Made by a program: the position numbers and the translations under genes
Part shown: positions 9,600 through 22,674 of the stretch, one piece after another
Numbering within the stretch: position 1 is the first letter of the stretch
Layout: each line of letters begins with the position of its first letter
The notes under the pieces: model-generated
The model's input: only the letters and a program-made list of their open reading frames with translations
Database searches by the model: none
What the model was told of the DNA's origin: nothing
Assembly: GCF_963676685.1 (NCBI RefSeq)
Contig: NC_092344.1
Coordinates: 44,206,001-44,270,000 of the forward strand
Origin: Mytilus edulis
Lineage: Eukaryota
DNA length: 64,000 nt
Direction: 5' to 3'

Positions 9600-10728
9600 T
9601 TTAAATTGGCGTGGATTTAGTGTAATAAAGGTATCAAAATACTGAAATTCACGCCTTATATAGTGATATGGCTGCTACGGACTGTTCCAATAATTGATGC
9701 TCAAGGGTGGAAAGTTCAAATAAAGGCTTTCTTACACAATAAAACAGTACATTATTGAACAATCTCCCCTTTTCATTAATGGTAACTACTCTTACAAACG
9801 GTAAACAAAGTATTTGGTTGTACTAGGGCATTTATCTTATAAGTTTACCGTGTTGCCTTTTAACTGTGGTGTTTACCGTAACCATAAACTTTTACGATAA
9901 AGGTTTGCCGTAACCCAACAAGTCATTATACAGTTCAGTTTACCGTTTCGTCGTATGCAAAAATTACCACAGCAAGCCAAATGTAAACCGATGAAATCAT
10001 TTTCGTTTTAAAAGAAGATATGTGTTACCAATATATTTAAGTTATTGGGATTAGAACACGATTCCATAAAATATATAACTATGGACTGACCATAAATTCT
10101 TGTTTACTGTAACCACATGAAATCGGTTACAAAGCCGATTCTCAAACCTTCAATACAAAGAAAGTTAGAGGATTGTTAGAGAATAATAGTCAACTTGTTT
10201 TCCATTTCTCCCCAAACCCATGAACCTCCGGCTGTAATTTTAAAATGCATTCTTGTTTACCGTAACCGCTCAATATATTAGTCCCATAATCCCATTATCA
10301 CAATTAGAATATCTTATGTTATCCTTATAAGCTACAGCTTGCTTTGTTACGGGATTGTGCGGTGATACGGTAAACTAGAATAACAATTAATGAATAGACG
10401 AAGTCGTAGCTTGCGCCTTCTAATTTTCTGTTTCTCTGCATTCAAGGTTTTTCGGAAGAAACCATTTTTAATTCACGTCACAGTAAGTCTATTAATGAAA
10501 ATAGAATGAGTTTGTTGAAACAAAGAAGATGGGAAGATGAATGGAATATAAAATTGATTGATACAATTATGTTTACCGTACCCTTATATTGTATCGGATA
10601 AAGGTATGCTAAAGGAAAATGTTTACATGGTTTACCGTAACAATCGAATGGACAAAAAAAAAGCATCCTTGAAATCGCAACAAGCTCCTACGACGGAGCC
10701 TGTTGTGATTTCAAGGATGCTTGGGTAT

Positions 10729-11466
10729 CTAAAACTGACTCAAGGCAAGACGGACTGAGATGGCATCAGCACGTTTTTCAACAGAGGGTTCAAGCATAGA
10801 GGAGACAAGGGATTTTACGATGTCGCTAGTGTTTTCGGGGAAAGAGAGGGTGTTTGAGAGTTGAGCTTTGACCATAGAGGTTGCGTCACTATCGGAGAAT
10901 GGGAAAGCTCCGAAGAGCATGACGTAGAGCATAACTCCCATACTCCACATGTCGGCTTTCATGGTGTTGTGTTCCATTCCCATAATAACTTCGGGGGCAG
11001 CGTATGGGAGGGTTCCACAAAATTCTTCAGATTCGGCAACAACAACGGTTGATTTGGCAAATCCAAAATCGGCCAGTTTGACACATCCATTTGATAACAA
11101 GACGTTTTCTAATTTAATGTCATTGTGGGCGATTCCGTTTAAGTGGCAGTATTCGACTGCTTTGACAACTTGAGAGAAGACAGATAGGGTGGCTTCAACG
11201 GACATGAGGCCGTTTTTCATTATGTATTCAAAAACATCTCCGAATTCAGCGAATTCCATCAAAACGAAGGCAAATTCTTCGGCTTCGATGATTTCAATGG
11301 CTTCGACAATGTTTTCGTGTTTGAGGCTGAGGAAAGCTTCAAACTCAGTAGAGGTTTTGAGGACTTTTTTAATTGCAACTTTACCGAATACTTCGCTAGA
11401 GGCGGAGAAAACTTCTTCAGTTAGGGCTACAACGTTTGAAAGTCCACTGTTCAATAAAAATTCCAT
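10729..11466 (-). CDS. Array kinase copy 3
   Basis: Identical 245-aa translation. Confidence 0.92.
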   Translation of the reverse strand: MEFLLNSGLSNVVALTEEVFSASSEVFGKVAIKKVLKTSTEFEAFLSLKHENIVEAIEIIEAEEFAFVLMEFAEFGDVFEYIMKNGLMSVEATLSVFSQVVKAVEYCHLNGIAHNDIKLENVLLSNGCVKLADFGFAKSTVVVAESEEFCGTLPYAAPEVIMGMEHNTMKADMWSMGVMLYVMLFGAFPFSDSDATSMVKAQLSNTLSFPENTSDIVKSLVSSMLEPSVEKRADAISVRLALSQF

Positions 11467-12596
11467 TTTAAATTGGCGTGGATTTAGTGTAATAAAGGTA
11501 TCAAAATACTGAAATTCACGCCTTATATAGTGATATGGCTGCTACGGACTGTTCCAATAATTGATGCTCAAGGGTGGAAAGTTCAAATAAAGGCTTTCTT
11601 ACACAATAAAACAGTACATTATTGAACAATCTCCCCTTTTCATTAATGGTAACTACTCTTACAAACGGTAAACAAAGTATTTGGTTGTACTAGGGCATTT
11701 ATCTTATAAGTTTACCGTGTTGCCTTTTAACTGTGGTGTTTACCGTAACCATAAACTTTTACGATAAAGGTTTGCCGTAACCCAACAAGTCATTATACAG
11801 TTCAGTTTACCGTTTCGTCGTATGCAATAATTACCACAGCAAGCCAAATGTAAACCGATGAAATCATTTTCGTTTTAAAAGAAGATATGTGTTACCAATA
11901 TATTTAAGTTATTGGGATTAGAACACGATTCCACAAAATATATAACTATGGACTGACCATAAATTCTTGTTTACTGTAACCACATGAAATCGGTTACAAA
12001 GCCGATTCTCAAACCTTCAATACAAAGAAAGTTAGAGGATTGTTAGAGAATAATAGTCAACTTGTTTTCCATTTCTCCCCAAACCCATGAACCTCCGGCT
12101 GTAATTTTAAAATGCATTCTTGTTTACCGTAACCGCTCAATATATTAGTCCCATAATCCCATTATCACAATTAGAATATCTTATGTTATCCTTATAAGCT
12201 ACAGCTTGCTTTGTTACGGGATTGTGCGGTGATACGGTAAACTAGAATAACAATTAATGAATAGACTAAGTCGTAGCTTGCGCCTTCTAATTTTCTGTTT
12301 CTCTGCATTCAAGGTTTTTCGGAAGAAACCATTTTTAATTCACGTCACAGTAAGTCTATTAATGAAAATAGAATGAGTTTGTTGAAACAAAGAAGATGGG
12401 AAGATGAATGGAATATAAAATTGATTGATACAATTATGTTTACCGTACCCTTATATTGTATCGGATAAAGGTATGCTAAAGGAAAATGTTTACATGGTTT
12501 ACCGTAACAATCGAATGGACAAAAAAAAAAGCATCCTTGAAATCGCAACAAGCTCCTACGACGGAGCCTGTTGTGATTTCAAGGATGCTTGGGTAT

Positions 12597-13334
12597 CTAA
12601 AACTGACTCAAGGCAAGACGGACTGAGATGGCATCAGCACGTTTTTCAACAGAGGGTTCAAGCATAGAGGAGACAAGGGATTTTACGATGTCGCTAGTGT
12701 TTTCGGGGAAAGAGAGGGTGTTTGAGAGTTGAGCTTTGACCATAGAGGTTGCGTCACTATCGGAGAATGGGAAAGCTCCGAAGAGCATGACGTAGAGCAT
12801 AACTCCCATACTCCACATGTCGGCTTTCATGGTGTTGTGTTCCATTCCCATAATAACTTCGGGGGCAGCGTATGGGAGGGTTCCACAAAATTCTTCAGAT
12901 TCGGCAACAACAACGGTTGATTTGGCAAATCCAAAATCGGCCAGTTTGACACATCCATTTGATAACAAGACGTTTTCTAATTTAATGTCATTGTGGGCGA
13001 TTCCGTTTAAGTGGCAGTATTCGACTGCTTTGACAACTTGAGAGAAGACAGATAGGGTGGCTTCAACGGACATGAGGCCGTTTTTCATTATGTATTCAAA
13101 AACATCTCCGAATTCAGCGAATTCCATCAAAACGAAGGCAAATTCTTCGGCTTCGATGATTTCAATGGCTTCGACAATGTTTTCGTGTTTGAGGCTGAGG
13201 AAAGCTTCAAACTCAGTAGAGGTTTTGAGGACTTTTTTAATTGCAACTTTACCGAATACTTCGCTAGAGGCGGAGAAAACTTCTTCAGTTAGGGCTACAA
13301 CGTTTGAAAGTCCACTGTTCAATAAAAATTCCAT
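12597..13334 (-). CDS. Array kinase copy 4
   Basis: Identical 245-aa translation. Confidence 0.92.
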   Translation of the reverse strand: MEFLLNSGLSNVVALTEEVFSASSEVFGKVAIKKVLKTSTEFEAFLSLKHENIVEAIEIIEAEEFAFVLMEFAEFGDVFEYIMKNGLMSVEATLSVFSQVVKAVEYCHLNGIAHNDIKLENVLLSNGCVKLADFGFAKSTVVVAESEEFCGTLPYAAPEVIMGMEHNTMKADMWSMGVMLYVMLFGAFPFSDSDATSMVKAQLSNTLSFPENTSDIVKSLVSSMLEPSVEKRADAISVRLALSQF

Positions 13335-14464
13335 TTTAAATTGGCGTGGATTTAGTGTAATAAAGGTATCAAAATACTGAAATTCACGCCTTATATAGTG
13401 ATATGGCTGCTACGGACTGTTCCAATAATTGATGCTCAAGGGTGGAAAGTTCAAATAAAGGCTTTCTTACACAATAAAACAGTACATTATTGAACAATCT
13501 CCCCTTTTCATTAATGGTAACTACTCTTACAAACGGTAAACAAAGTATTTGGTTGTACTAGGGCATTTATCTTATAAGTTTACCGTGTTGCCTTTTAACT
13601 GTGGTGTTTACCGTAACCATAAACTTTTACGATAAAGGTTTGCCGTAACCCAACAAGTCATTATACAGTTCAGTTTACCGTTTCGTCGTATGCAATAATT
13701 ACCACAGCAAGCCAAATGTAAACCGATGAAATCATTTTCGTTTTAAAAGAAGATATGTGTTACCAATATATTTAAGTTATTGGGATTAGAACACGATTCC
13801 ACAAAATATATAACTATGGACTGACCATAAATTCTTGTTTACTGTAACCACATGAAATCGGTTACAAAGCCGATTCTCAAACCTTCAATACAAAGAAAGT
13901 TAGAGGATTGTTAGAGAATAATAGTCAACTTGTTTTCCATTTCTCCCCAAACCCATGAACCTCCGGCTGTAATTTTAAAATGCATTCTTGTTTACCGTAA
14001 CCGCTCAATATATTAGTCCCATAATCCCATTATCACAATTAGAATATCTTATGTTATCCTTATAAGCTACAGCTTGCTTTGTTACGGGATTGTGCGGTGA
14101 TACGGTAAACTAGAATAACAATTAATGAATAGACTAAGTCGTAGCTTGCGCCTTCTAATTTTCTGTTTCTCTGCATTCAAGGTTTTTCGGAAGAAACCAT
14201 TTTTAATTCACGTCACAGTAAGTCTATTAATGAAAATAGAATGAGTTTGTTGAAACAAAGAAGATGGGAAGATGAATGGAATATAAAATTGATTGATACA
14301 ATTATGTTTACCGTACCCTTATATTGTATCGGATAAAGGTATGCTAAAGGAAAATGTTTACATGGTTTACCGTAACAATCGAATGGACAAAAAAAAAAGC
14401 ATCCTTGAAATCGCAACAAGCTCCTACGACGGAGCCTGTTGTGATTTCAAGGATGCTTGGGTAT

Positions 14465-15202
14465 CTAAAACTGACTCAAGGCAAGACGGACTGAGATGGC
14501 ATCAGCACGTTTTTCAACAGAGGGTTCAAGCATAGAGGAGACAAGGGATTTTACGATGTCGCTAGTGTTTTCGGGGAAAGAGAGGGTGTTTGAGAGTTGA
14601 GCTTTGACCATAGAGGTTGCGTCACTATCGGAGAATGGGAAAGCTCCGAAGAGCATGACGTAGAGCATAACTCCCATACTCCACATGTCGGCTTTCATGG
14701 TGTTGTGTTCCATTCCCATAATAACTTCGGGGGCAGCGTATGGGAGGGTTCCACAAAATTCTTCAGATTCGGCAACAACAACGGTTGATTTGGCAAATCC
14801 AAAATCGGCCAGTTTGACACATCCATTTGATAACAAGACGTTTTCTAATTTAATGTCATTGTGGGCGATTCCGTTTAAGTGGCAGTATTCGACTGCTTTG
14901 ACAACTTGAGAGAAGACAGATAGGGTGGCTTCAACGGACATGAGGCCGTTTTTCATTATGTATTCAAAAACATCTCCGAATTCAGCGAATTCCATCAAAA
15001 CGAAGGCAAATTCTTCGGCTTCGATGATTTCAATGGCTTCGACAATGTTTTCGTGTTTGAGGCTGAGGAAAGCTTCAAACTCAGTAGAGGTTTTGAGGAC
15101 TTTTTTAATTGCAACTTTACCGAATACTTCGCTAGAGGCGGAGAAAACTTCTTCAGTTAGGGCTACAACGTTTGAAAGTCCACTGTTCAATAAAAATTCC
15201 AT
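14465..15202 (-). CDS. Array kinase copy 5
   Basis: Identical 245-aa translation. Confidence 0.92.
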   Translation of the reverse strand: MEFLLNSGLSNVVALTEEVFSASSEVFGKVAIKKVLKTSTEFEAFLSLKHENIVEAIEIIEAEEFAFVLMEFAEFGDVFEYIMKNGLMSVEATLSVFSQVVKAVEYCHLNGIAHNDIKLENVLLSNGCVKLADFGFAKSTVVVAESEEFCGTLPYAAPEVIMGMEHNTMKADMWSMGVMLYVMLFGAFPFSDSDATSMVKAQLSNTLSFPENTSDIVKSLVSSMLEPSVEKRADAISVRLALSQF

Positions 15203-16332
15203 TTTAAATTGGCGTGGATTTAGTGTAATAAAGGTATCAAAATACTGAAATTCACGCCTTATATAGTGATATGGCTGCTACGGACTGTTCCAATAATTGA
15301 TGCTCAAGGGTGGAAAGTTCAAATAAAGGCTTTCTTACACAATAAAACAGTACATTATTGAACAATCTCCCCTTTTCATTAATGGTAACTACTCTTACAA
15401 ACGGTAAACAAAGTATTTGGTTGTACTAGGGCATTTATCTTATAAGTTTACCGTGTTGCCTTTTAACTGTGGTGTTTACCGTAACCATAAACTTTTACGA
15501 TAAAGGTTTGCCGTAACCCAACAAGTCATTATACAGTTCAGTTTACCGTTTCGTCGTATGCAATAATTACCACAGCAAGCCAAATGTAAACCGATGAAAT
15601 CATTTTCGTTTTAAAAGAAGATATGTGTTACCAATATATTTAAGTTATTGGGATTAGAACACGATTCCACAAAATATATAACTATGGACTGACCATAAAT
15701 TCTTGTTTACTGTAACCACATGAAATCGGTTACAAAGCCGATTCTCAAACCTTCAATACAAAGAAAGTTAGAGGATTGTTAGAGAATAATAGTCAACTTG
15801 TTTTCCATTTCTCCCCAAACCCATGAACCTCCGGCTGTAATTTTAAAATGCATTCTTGTTTACCGTAACCGCTCAATATATTAGTCCCATAATCCCATTA
15901 TCACAATTAGAATATCTTATGTTATCCTTATAAGCTACAGCTTGCTTTGTTACGGGATTGTGCGGTGATACGGTAAACTAGAATAACAATTAATGAATAG
16001 ACTAAGTCGTAGCTTGCGCCTTCTAATTTTCTGTTTCTCTGCATTCAAGGTTTTTCGGAAGAAACCATTTTTAATTCACGTCACAGTAAGTCTATTAATG
16101 AAAATAGAATGAGTTTGTTGAAACAAAGAAGATGGGAAGATGAATGGAATATAAAATTGATTGATACAATTATGTTTACCGTACCCTTATATTGTATCGG
16201 ATAAAGGTATGCTAAAGGAAAATGTTTACATGGTTTACCGTAACAATCGAATGGACAAAAAAAAAAGCATCCTTGAAATCGCAACAAGCTCCTACGACGG
16301 AGCCTGTTGTGATTTCAAGGATGCTTGGGTAT

Positions 16333-17070
16333 CTAAAACTGACTCAAGGCAAGACGGACTGAGATGGCATCAGCACGTTTTTCAACAGAGGGTTCAAGCA
16401 TAGAGGAGACAAGGGATTTTACGATGTCGCTAGTGTTTTCGGGGAAAGAGAGGGTGTTTGAGAGTTGAGCTTTGACCATAGAGGTTGCGTCACTATCGGA
16501 GAATGGGAAAGCTCCGAAGAGCATGACGTAGAGCATAACTCCCATACTCCACATGTCGGCTTTCATGGTGTTGTGTTCCATTCCCATAATAACTTCGGGG
16601 GCAGCGTATGGGAGGGTTCCACAAAATTCTTCAGATTCGGCAACAACAACGGTTGATTTGGCAAATCCAAAATCGGCCAGTTTGACACATCCATTTGATA
16701 ACAAGACGTTTTCTAATTTAATGTCATTGTGGGCGATTCCGTTTAAGTGGCAGTATTCGACTGCTTTGACAACTTGAGAGAAGACAGATAGGGTGGCTTC
16801 AACGGACATGAGGCCGTTTTTCATTATGTATTCAAAAACATCTCCGAATTCAGCGAATTCCATCAAAACGAAGGCAAATTCTTCGGCTTCGATGATTTCA
16901 ATGGCTTCGACAATGTTTTCGTGTTTGAGGCTGAGGAAAGCTTCAAACTCAGTAGAGGTTTTGAGGACTTTTTTAATTGCAACTTTACCGAATACTTCGC
17001 TAGAGGCGGAGAAAACTTCTTCAGTTAGGGCTACAACGTTTGAAAGTCCACTGTTCAATAAAAATTCCAT
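16333..17070 (-). CDS. Array kinase copy 6
   Basis: Identical 245-aa translation. Confidence 0.92.
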   Translation of the reverse strand: MEFLLNSGLSNVVALTEEVFSASSEVFGKVAIKKVLKTSTEFEAFLSLKHENIVEAIEIIEAEEFAFVLMEFAEFGDVFEYIMKNGLMSVEATLSVFSQVVKAVEYCHLNGIAHNDIKLENVLLSNGCVKLADFGFAKSTVVVAESEEFCGTLPYAAPEVIMGMEHNTMKADMWSMGVMLYVMLFGAFPFSDSDATSMVKAQLSNTLSFPENTSDIVKSLVSSMLEPSVEKRADAISVRLALSQF

Positions 17071-18200
17071 TTTAAATTGGCGTGGATTTAGTGTAATAAA
17101 GGTATCAAAATACTGAAATTCACGCCTTATATAGTGATATGGCTGCTACGGACTGTTCCAATAATTGATGCTCAAGGGTGGAAAGTTCAAATAAAGGCTT
17201 TCTTACACAATAAAACAGTACATTATTGAACAATCTCCCCTTTTCATTAATGGTAACTACTCTTACAAACGGTAAACAAAGTATTTGGTTGTACTAGGGC
17301 ATTTATCTTATAAGTTTACCGTGTTGCCTTTTAACTGTGGTGTTTACCGTAACCATAAACTTTTACGATAAAGGTTTGCCGTAACCCAACAAGTCATTAT
17401 ACAGTTCAGTTTACCGTTTCGTCGTATGCAATAATTACCACAGCAAGCCAAATGTAAACCGATGAAATCATTTTCGTTTTAAAAGAAGATATGTGTTACC
17501 AATATATTTAAGTTATTGGGATTAGAACACGATTCCACAAAATATATAACTATGGACTGACCATAAATTCTTGTTTACTGTAACCACATGAAATCGGTTA
17601 CAAAGCCGATTCTCAAACCTTCAATACAAAGAAAGTTAGAGGATTGTTAGAGAATAATAGTCAACTTGTTTTCCATTTCTCCCCAAACCCATGAACCTCC
17701 GGCTGTAATTTTAAAATGCATTCTTGTTTACCGTAACCGCTCAATATATTAGTCCCATAATCCCATTATCACAATTAGAATATCTTATGTTATCCTTATA
17801 AGCTACAGCTTGCTTTGTTACGGGATTGTGCGGTGATACGGTAAACTAGAATAACAATTAATGAATAGACTAAGTCGTAGCTTGCGCCTTCTAATTTTCT
17901 GTTTCTCTGCATTCAAGGTTTTTCGGAAGAAACCATTTTTAATTCACGTCACAGTAAGTCTATTAATGAAAATAGAATGAGTTTGTTGAAACAAAGAAGA
18001 TGGGAAGATGAATGGAATATAAAATTGATTGATACAATTATGTTTACCGTACCCTTATATTGTATCGGATAAAGGTATGCTAAAGGAAAATGTTTACATG
18101 GTTTACCGTAACAATCGAATGGACAAAAAAAAAAGCATCCTTGAAATCGCAACAAGCTCCTACGACGGAGCCTGTTGTGATTTCAAGGATGCTTGGGTAT

Positions 18201-18938
18201 CTAAAACTGACTCAAGGCAAGACGGACTGAGATGGCATCAGCACGTTTTTCAACAGAGGGTTCAAGCATAGAGGAGACAAGGGATTTTACGATGTCGCTA
18301 GTGTTTTCGGGGAAAGAGAGGGTGTTTGAGAGTTGAGCTTTGACCATAGAGGTTGCGTCACTATCGGAGAATGGGAAAGCTCCGAAGAGCATGACGTAGA
18401 GCATAACTCCCATACTCCACATGTCGGCTTTCATGGTGTTGTGTTCCATTCCCATAATAACTTCGGGGGCAGCGTATGGGAGGGTTCCACAAAATTCTTC
18501 AGATTCGGCAACAACAACGGTTGATTTGGCAAATCCAAAATCGGCCAGTTTGACACATCCATTTGATAACAAGACGTTTTCTAATTTAATGTCATTGTGG
18601 GCGATTCCGTTTAAGTGGCAGTATTCGACTGCTTTGACAACTTGAGAGAAGACAGATAGGGTGGCTTCAACGGACATGAGGCCGTTTTTCATTATGTATT
18701 CAAAAACATCTCCGAATTCAGCGAATTCCATCAAAACGAAGGCAAATTCTTCGGCTTCGATGATTTCAATGGCTTCGACAATGTTTTCGTGTTTGAGGCT
18801 GAGGAAAGCTTCAAACTCAGTAGAGGTTTTGAGGACTTTTTTAATTGCAACTTTACCGAATACTTCGCTAGAGGCGGAGAAAACTTCTTCAGTTAGGGCT
18901 ACAACGTTTGAAAGTCCACTGTTCAATAAAAATTCCAT
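18201..18938 (-). CDS. Array kinase copy 7
   Basis: Identical 245-aa translation. Confidence 0.92.
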   Translation of the reverse strand: MEFLLNSGLSNVVALTEEVFSASSEVFGKVAIKKVLKTSTEFEAFLSLKHENIVEAIEIIEAEEFAFVLMEFAEFGDVFEYIMKNGLMSVEATLSVFSQVVKAVEYCHLNGIAHNDIKLENVLLSNGCVKLADFGFAKSTVVVAESEEFCGTLPYAAPEVIMGMEHNTMKADMWSMGVMLYVMLFGAFPFSDSDATSMVKAQLSNTLSFPENTSDIVKSLVSSMLEPSVEKRADAISVRLALSQF

Positions 18939-20068
18939 TTTAAATTGGCGTGGATTTAGTGTAATAAAGGTATCAAAATACTGAAATTCACGCCTTATAT
19001 AGTGATATGGCTGCTACGGACTGTTCCAATAATTGATGCTCAAGGGTGGAAAGTTCAAATAAAGGCTTTCTTACACAATAAAACAGTACATTATTGAACA
19101 ATCTCCCCTTTTCATTAATGGTAACTACTCTTACAAACGGTAAACAAAGTATTTGGTTGTACTAGGGCATTTATCTTATAAGTTTACCGTGTTGCCTTTT
19201 AACTGTGGTGTTTACCGTAACCATAAACTTTTACGATAAAGGTTTGCCGTAACCCAACAAGTCATTATACAGTTCAGTTTACCGTTTCGTCGTATGCAAT
19301 AATTACCACAGCAAGCCAAATGTAAACCGATGAAATCATTTTCGTTTTAAAAGAAGATATGTGTTACCAATATATTTAAGTTATTGGGATTAGAACACGA
19401 TTCCACAAAATATATAACTATGGACTGACCATAAATTCTTGTTTACTGTAACCACATGAAATCGGTTACAAAGCCGATTCTCAAACCTTCAATACAAAGA
19501 AAGTTAGAGGATTGTTAGAGAATAATAGTCAACTTGTTTTCCATTTCTCCCCAAACCCATGAACCTCCGGCTGTAATTTTAAAATGCATTCTTGTTTACC
19601 GTAACCGCTCAATATATTAGTCCCATAATCCCATTATCACAATTAGAATATCTTATGTTATCCTTATAAGCTACAGCTTGCTTTGTTACGGGATTGTGCG
19701 GTGATACGGTAAACTAGAATAACAATTAATGAATAGACTAAGTCGTAGCTTGCGCCTTCTAATTTTCTGTTTCTCTGCATTCAAGGTTTTTCGGAAGAAA
19801 CCATTTTTAATTCACGTCACAGTAAGTCTATTAATGAAAATAGAATGAGTTTGTTGAAACAAAGAAGATGGGAAGATGAATGGAATATAAAATTGATTGA
19901 TACAATTATGTTTACCGTACCCTTATATTGTATCGGATAAAGGTATGCTAAAGGAAAATGTTTACATGGTTTACCGTAACAATCGAATGGACAAAAAAAA
20001 AAGCATCCTTGAAATCGCAACAAGCTCCTACGACGGAGCCTGTTGTGATTTCAAGGATGCTTGGGTAT

Positions 20069-20806
20069 CTAAAACTGACTCAAGGCAAGACGGACTGAGA
20101 TGGCATCAGCACGTTTTTCAACAGAGGGTTCAAGCATAGAGGAGACAAGGGATTTTACGATGTCGCTAGTGTTTTCGGGGAAAGAGAGGGTGTTTGAGAG
20201 TTGAGCTTTGACCATAGAGGTTGCGTCACTATCGGAGAATGGGAAAGCTCCGAAGAGCATGACGTAGAGCATAACTCCCATACTCCACATGTCGGCTTTC
20301 ATGGTGTTGTGTTCCATTCCCATAATAACTTCGGGGGCAGCGTATGGGAGGGTTCCACAAAATTCTTCAGATTCGGCAACAACAACGGTTGATTTGGCAA
20401 ATCCAAAATCGGCCAGTTTGACACATCCATTTGATAACAAGACGTTTTCTAATTTAATGTCATTGTGGGCGATTCCGTTTAAGTGGCAGTATTCGACTGC
20501 TTTGACAACTTGAGAGAAGACAGATAGGGTGGCTTCAACGGACATGAGGCCGTTTTTCATTATGTATTCAAAAACATCTCCGAATTCAGCGAATTCCATC
20601 AAAACGAAGGCAAATTCTTCGGCTTCGATGATTTCAATGGCTTCGACAATGTTTTCGTGTTTGAGGCTGAGGAAAGCTTCAAACTCAGTAGAGGTTTTGA
20701 GGACTTTTTTAATTGCAACTTTACCGAATACTTCGCTAGAGGCGGAGAAAACTTCTTCAGTTAGGGCTACAACGTTTGAAAGTCCACTGTTCAATAAAAA
20801 TTCCAT
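20069..20806 (-). CDS. Array kinase copy 8
   Basis: Identical 245-aa translation. Confidence 0.92.
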   Translation of the reverse strand: MEFLLNSGLSNVVALTEEVFSASSEVFGKVAIKKVLKTSTEFEAFLSLKHENIVEAIEIIEAEEFAFVLMEFAEFGDVFEYIMKNGLMSVEATLSVFSQVVKAVEYCHLNGIAHNDIKLENVLLSNGCVKLADFGFAKSTVVVAESEEFCGTLPYAAPEVIMGMEHNTMKADMWSMGVMLYVMLFGAFPFSDSDATSMVKAQLSNTLSFPENTSDIVKSLVSSMLEPSVEKRADAISVRLALSQF

Positions 20807-21936
20807 TTTAAATTGGCGTGGATTTAGTGTAATAAAGGTATCAAAATACTGAAATTCACGCCTTATATAGTGATATGGCTGCTACGGACTGTTCCAATAA
20901 TTGATGCTCAAGGGTGGAAAGTTCAAATAAAGGCTTTCTTACACAATAAAACAGTACATTATTGAACAATCTCCCCTTTTCATTAATGGTAACTACTCTT
21001 ACAAACGGTAAACAAAGTATTTGGTTGTACTAGGGCATTTATCTTATAAGTTTACCGTGTTGCCTTTTAACTGTGGTGTTTACCGTAACCATAAACTTTT
21101 ACGATAAAGGTTTGCCGTAACCCAACAAGTCATTATACAGTTCAGTTTACCGTTTCGTCGTATGCAATAATTACCACAGCAAGCCAAATGTAAACCGATG
21201 AAATCATTTTCGTTTTAAAAGAAGATATGTGTTACCAATATATTTAAGTTATTGGGATTAGAACACGATTCCACAAAATATATAACTATGGACTGACCAT
21301 AAATTCTTGTTTACTGTAACCACATGAAATCGGTTACAAAGCCGATTCTCAAACCTTCAATACAAAGAAAGTTAGAGGATTGTTAGAGAATAATAGTCAA
21401 CTTGTTTTCCATTTCTCCCCAAACCCATGAACCTCCGGCTGTAATTTTAAAATGCATTCTTGTTTACCGTAACCGCTCAATATATTAGTCCCATAATCCC
21501 ATTATCACAATTAGAATATCTTATGTTATCCTTATAAGCTACAGCTTGCTTTGTTACGGGATTGTGCGGTGATACGGTAAACTAGAATAACAATTAATGA
21601 ATAGACTAAGTCGTAGCTTGCGCCTTCTAATTTTCTGTTTCTCTGCATTCAAGGTTTTTCGGAAGAAACCATTTTTAATTCACGTCACAGTAAGTCTATT
21701 AATGAAAATAGAATGAGTTTGTTGAAACAAAGAAGATGGGAAGATGAATGGAATATAAAATTGATTGATACAATTATGTTTACCGTACCCTTATATTGTA
21801 TCGGATAAAGGTATGCTAAAGGAAAATGTTTACATGGTTTACCGTAACAATCGAATGGACAAAAAAAAAAGCATCCTTGAAATCGCAACAAGCTCCTACG
21901 ACGGAGCCTGTTGTGATTTCAAGGATGCTTGGGTAT

Positions 21937-22674
21937 CTAAAACTGACTCAAGGCAAGACGGACTGAGATGGCATCAGCACGTTTTTCAACAGAGGGTTCA
22001 AGCATAGAGGAGACAAGGGATTTTACGATGTCGCTAGTGTTTTCGGGGAAAGAGAGGGTGTTTGAGAGTTGAGCTTTGACCATAGAGGTTGCGTCACTAT
22101 CGGAGAATGGGAAAGCTCCGAAGAGCATGACGTAGAGCATAACTCCCATACTCCACATGTCGGCTTTCATGGTGTTGTGTTCCATTCCCATAATAACTTC
22201 GGGGGCAGCGTATGGGAGGGTTCCACAAAATTCTTCAGATTCGGCAACAACAACGGTTGATTTGGCAAATCCAAAATCGGCCAGTTTGACACATCCATTT
22301 GATAACAAGACGTTTTCTAATTTAATGTCATTGTGGGCGATTCCGTTTAAGTGGCAGTATTCGACTGCTTTGACAACTTGAGAGAAGACAGATAGGGTGG
22401 CTTCAACGGACATGAGGCCGTTTTTCATTATGTATTCAAAAACATCTCCGAATTCAGCGAATTCCATCAAAACGAAGGCAAATTCTTCGGCTTCGATGAT
22501 TTCAATGGCTTCGACAATGTTTTCGTGTTTGAGGCTGAGGAAAGCTTCAAACTCAGTAGAGGTTTTGAGGACTTTTTTAATTGCAACTTTACCGAATACT
22601 TCGCTAGAGGCGGAGAAAACTTCTTCAGTTAGGGCTACAACGTTTGAAAGTCCACTGTTCAATAAAAATTCCAT
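21937..22674 (-). CDS. Array kinase copy 9
   Basis: Identical 245-aa translation. Confidence 0.92.
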   Translation of the reverse strand: MEFLLNSGLSNVVALTEEVFSASSEVFGKVAIKKVLKTSTEFEAFLSLKHENIVEAIEIIEAEEFAFVLMEFAEFGDVFEYIMKNGLMSVEATLSVFSQVVKAVEYCHLNGIAHNDIKLENVLLSNGCVKLADFGFAKSTVVVAESEEFCGTLPYAAPEVIMGMEHNTMKADMWSMGVMLYVMLFGAFPFSDSDATSMVKAQLSNTLSFPENTSDIVKSLVSSMLEPSVEKRADAISVRLALSQF

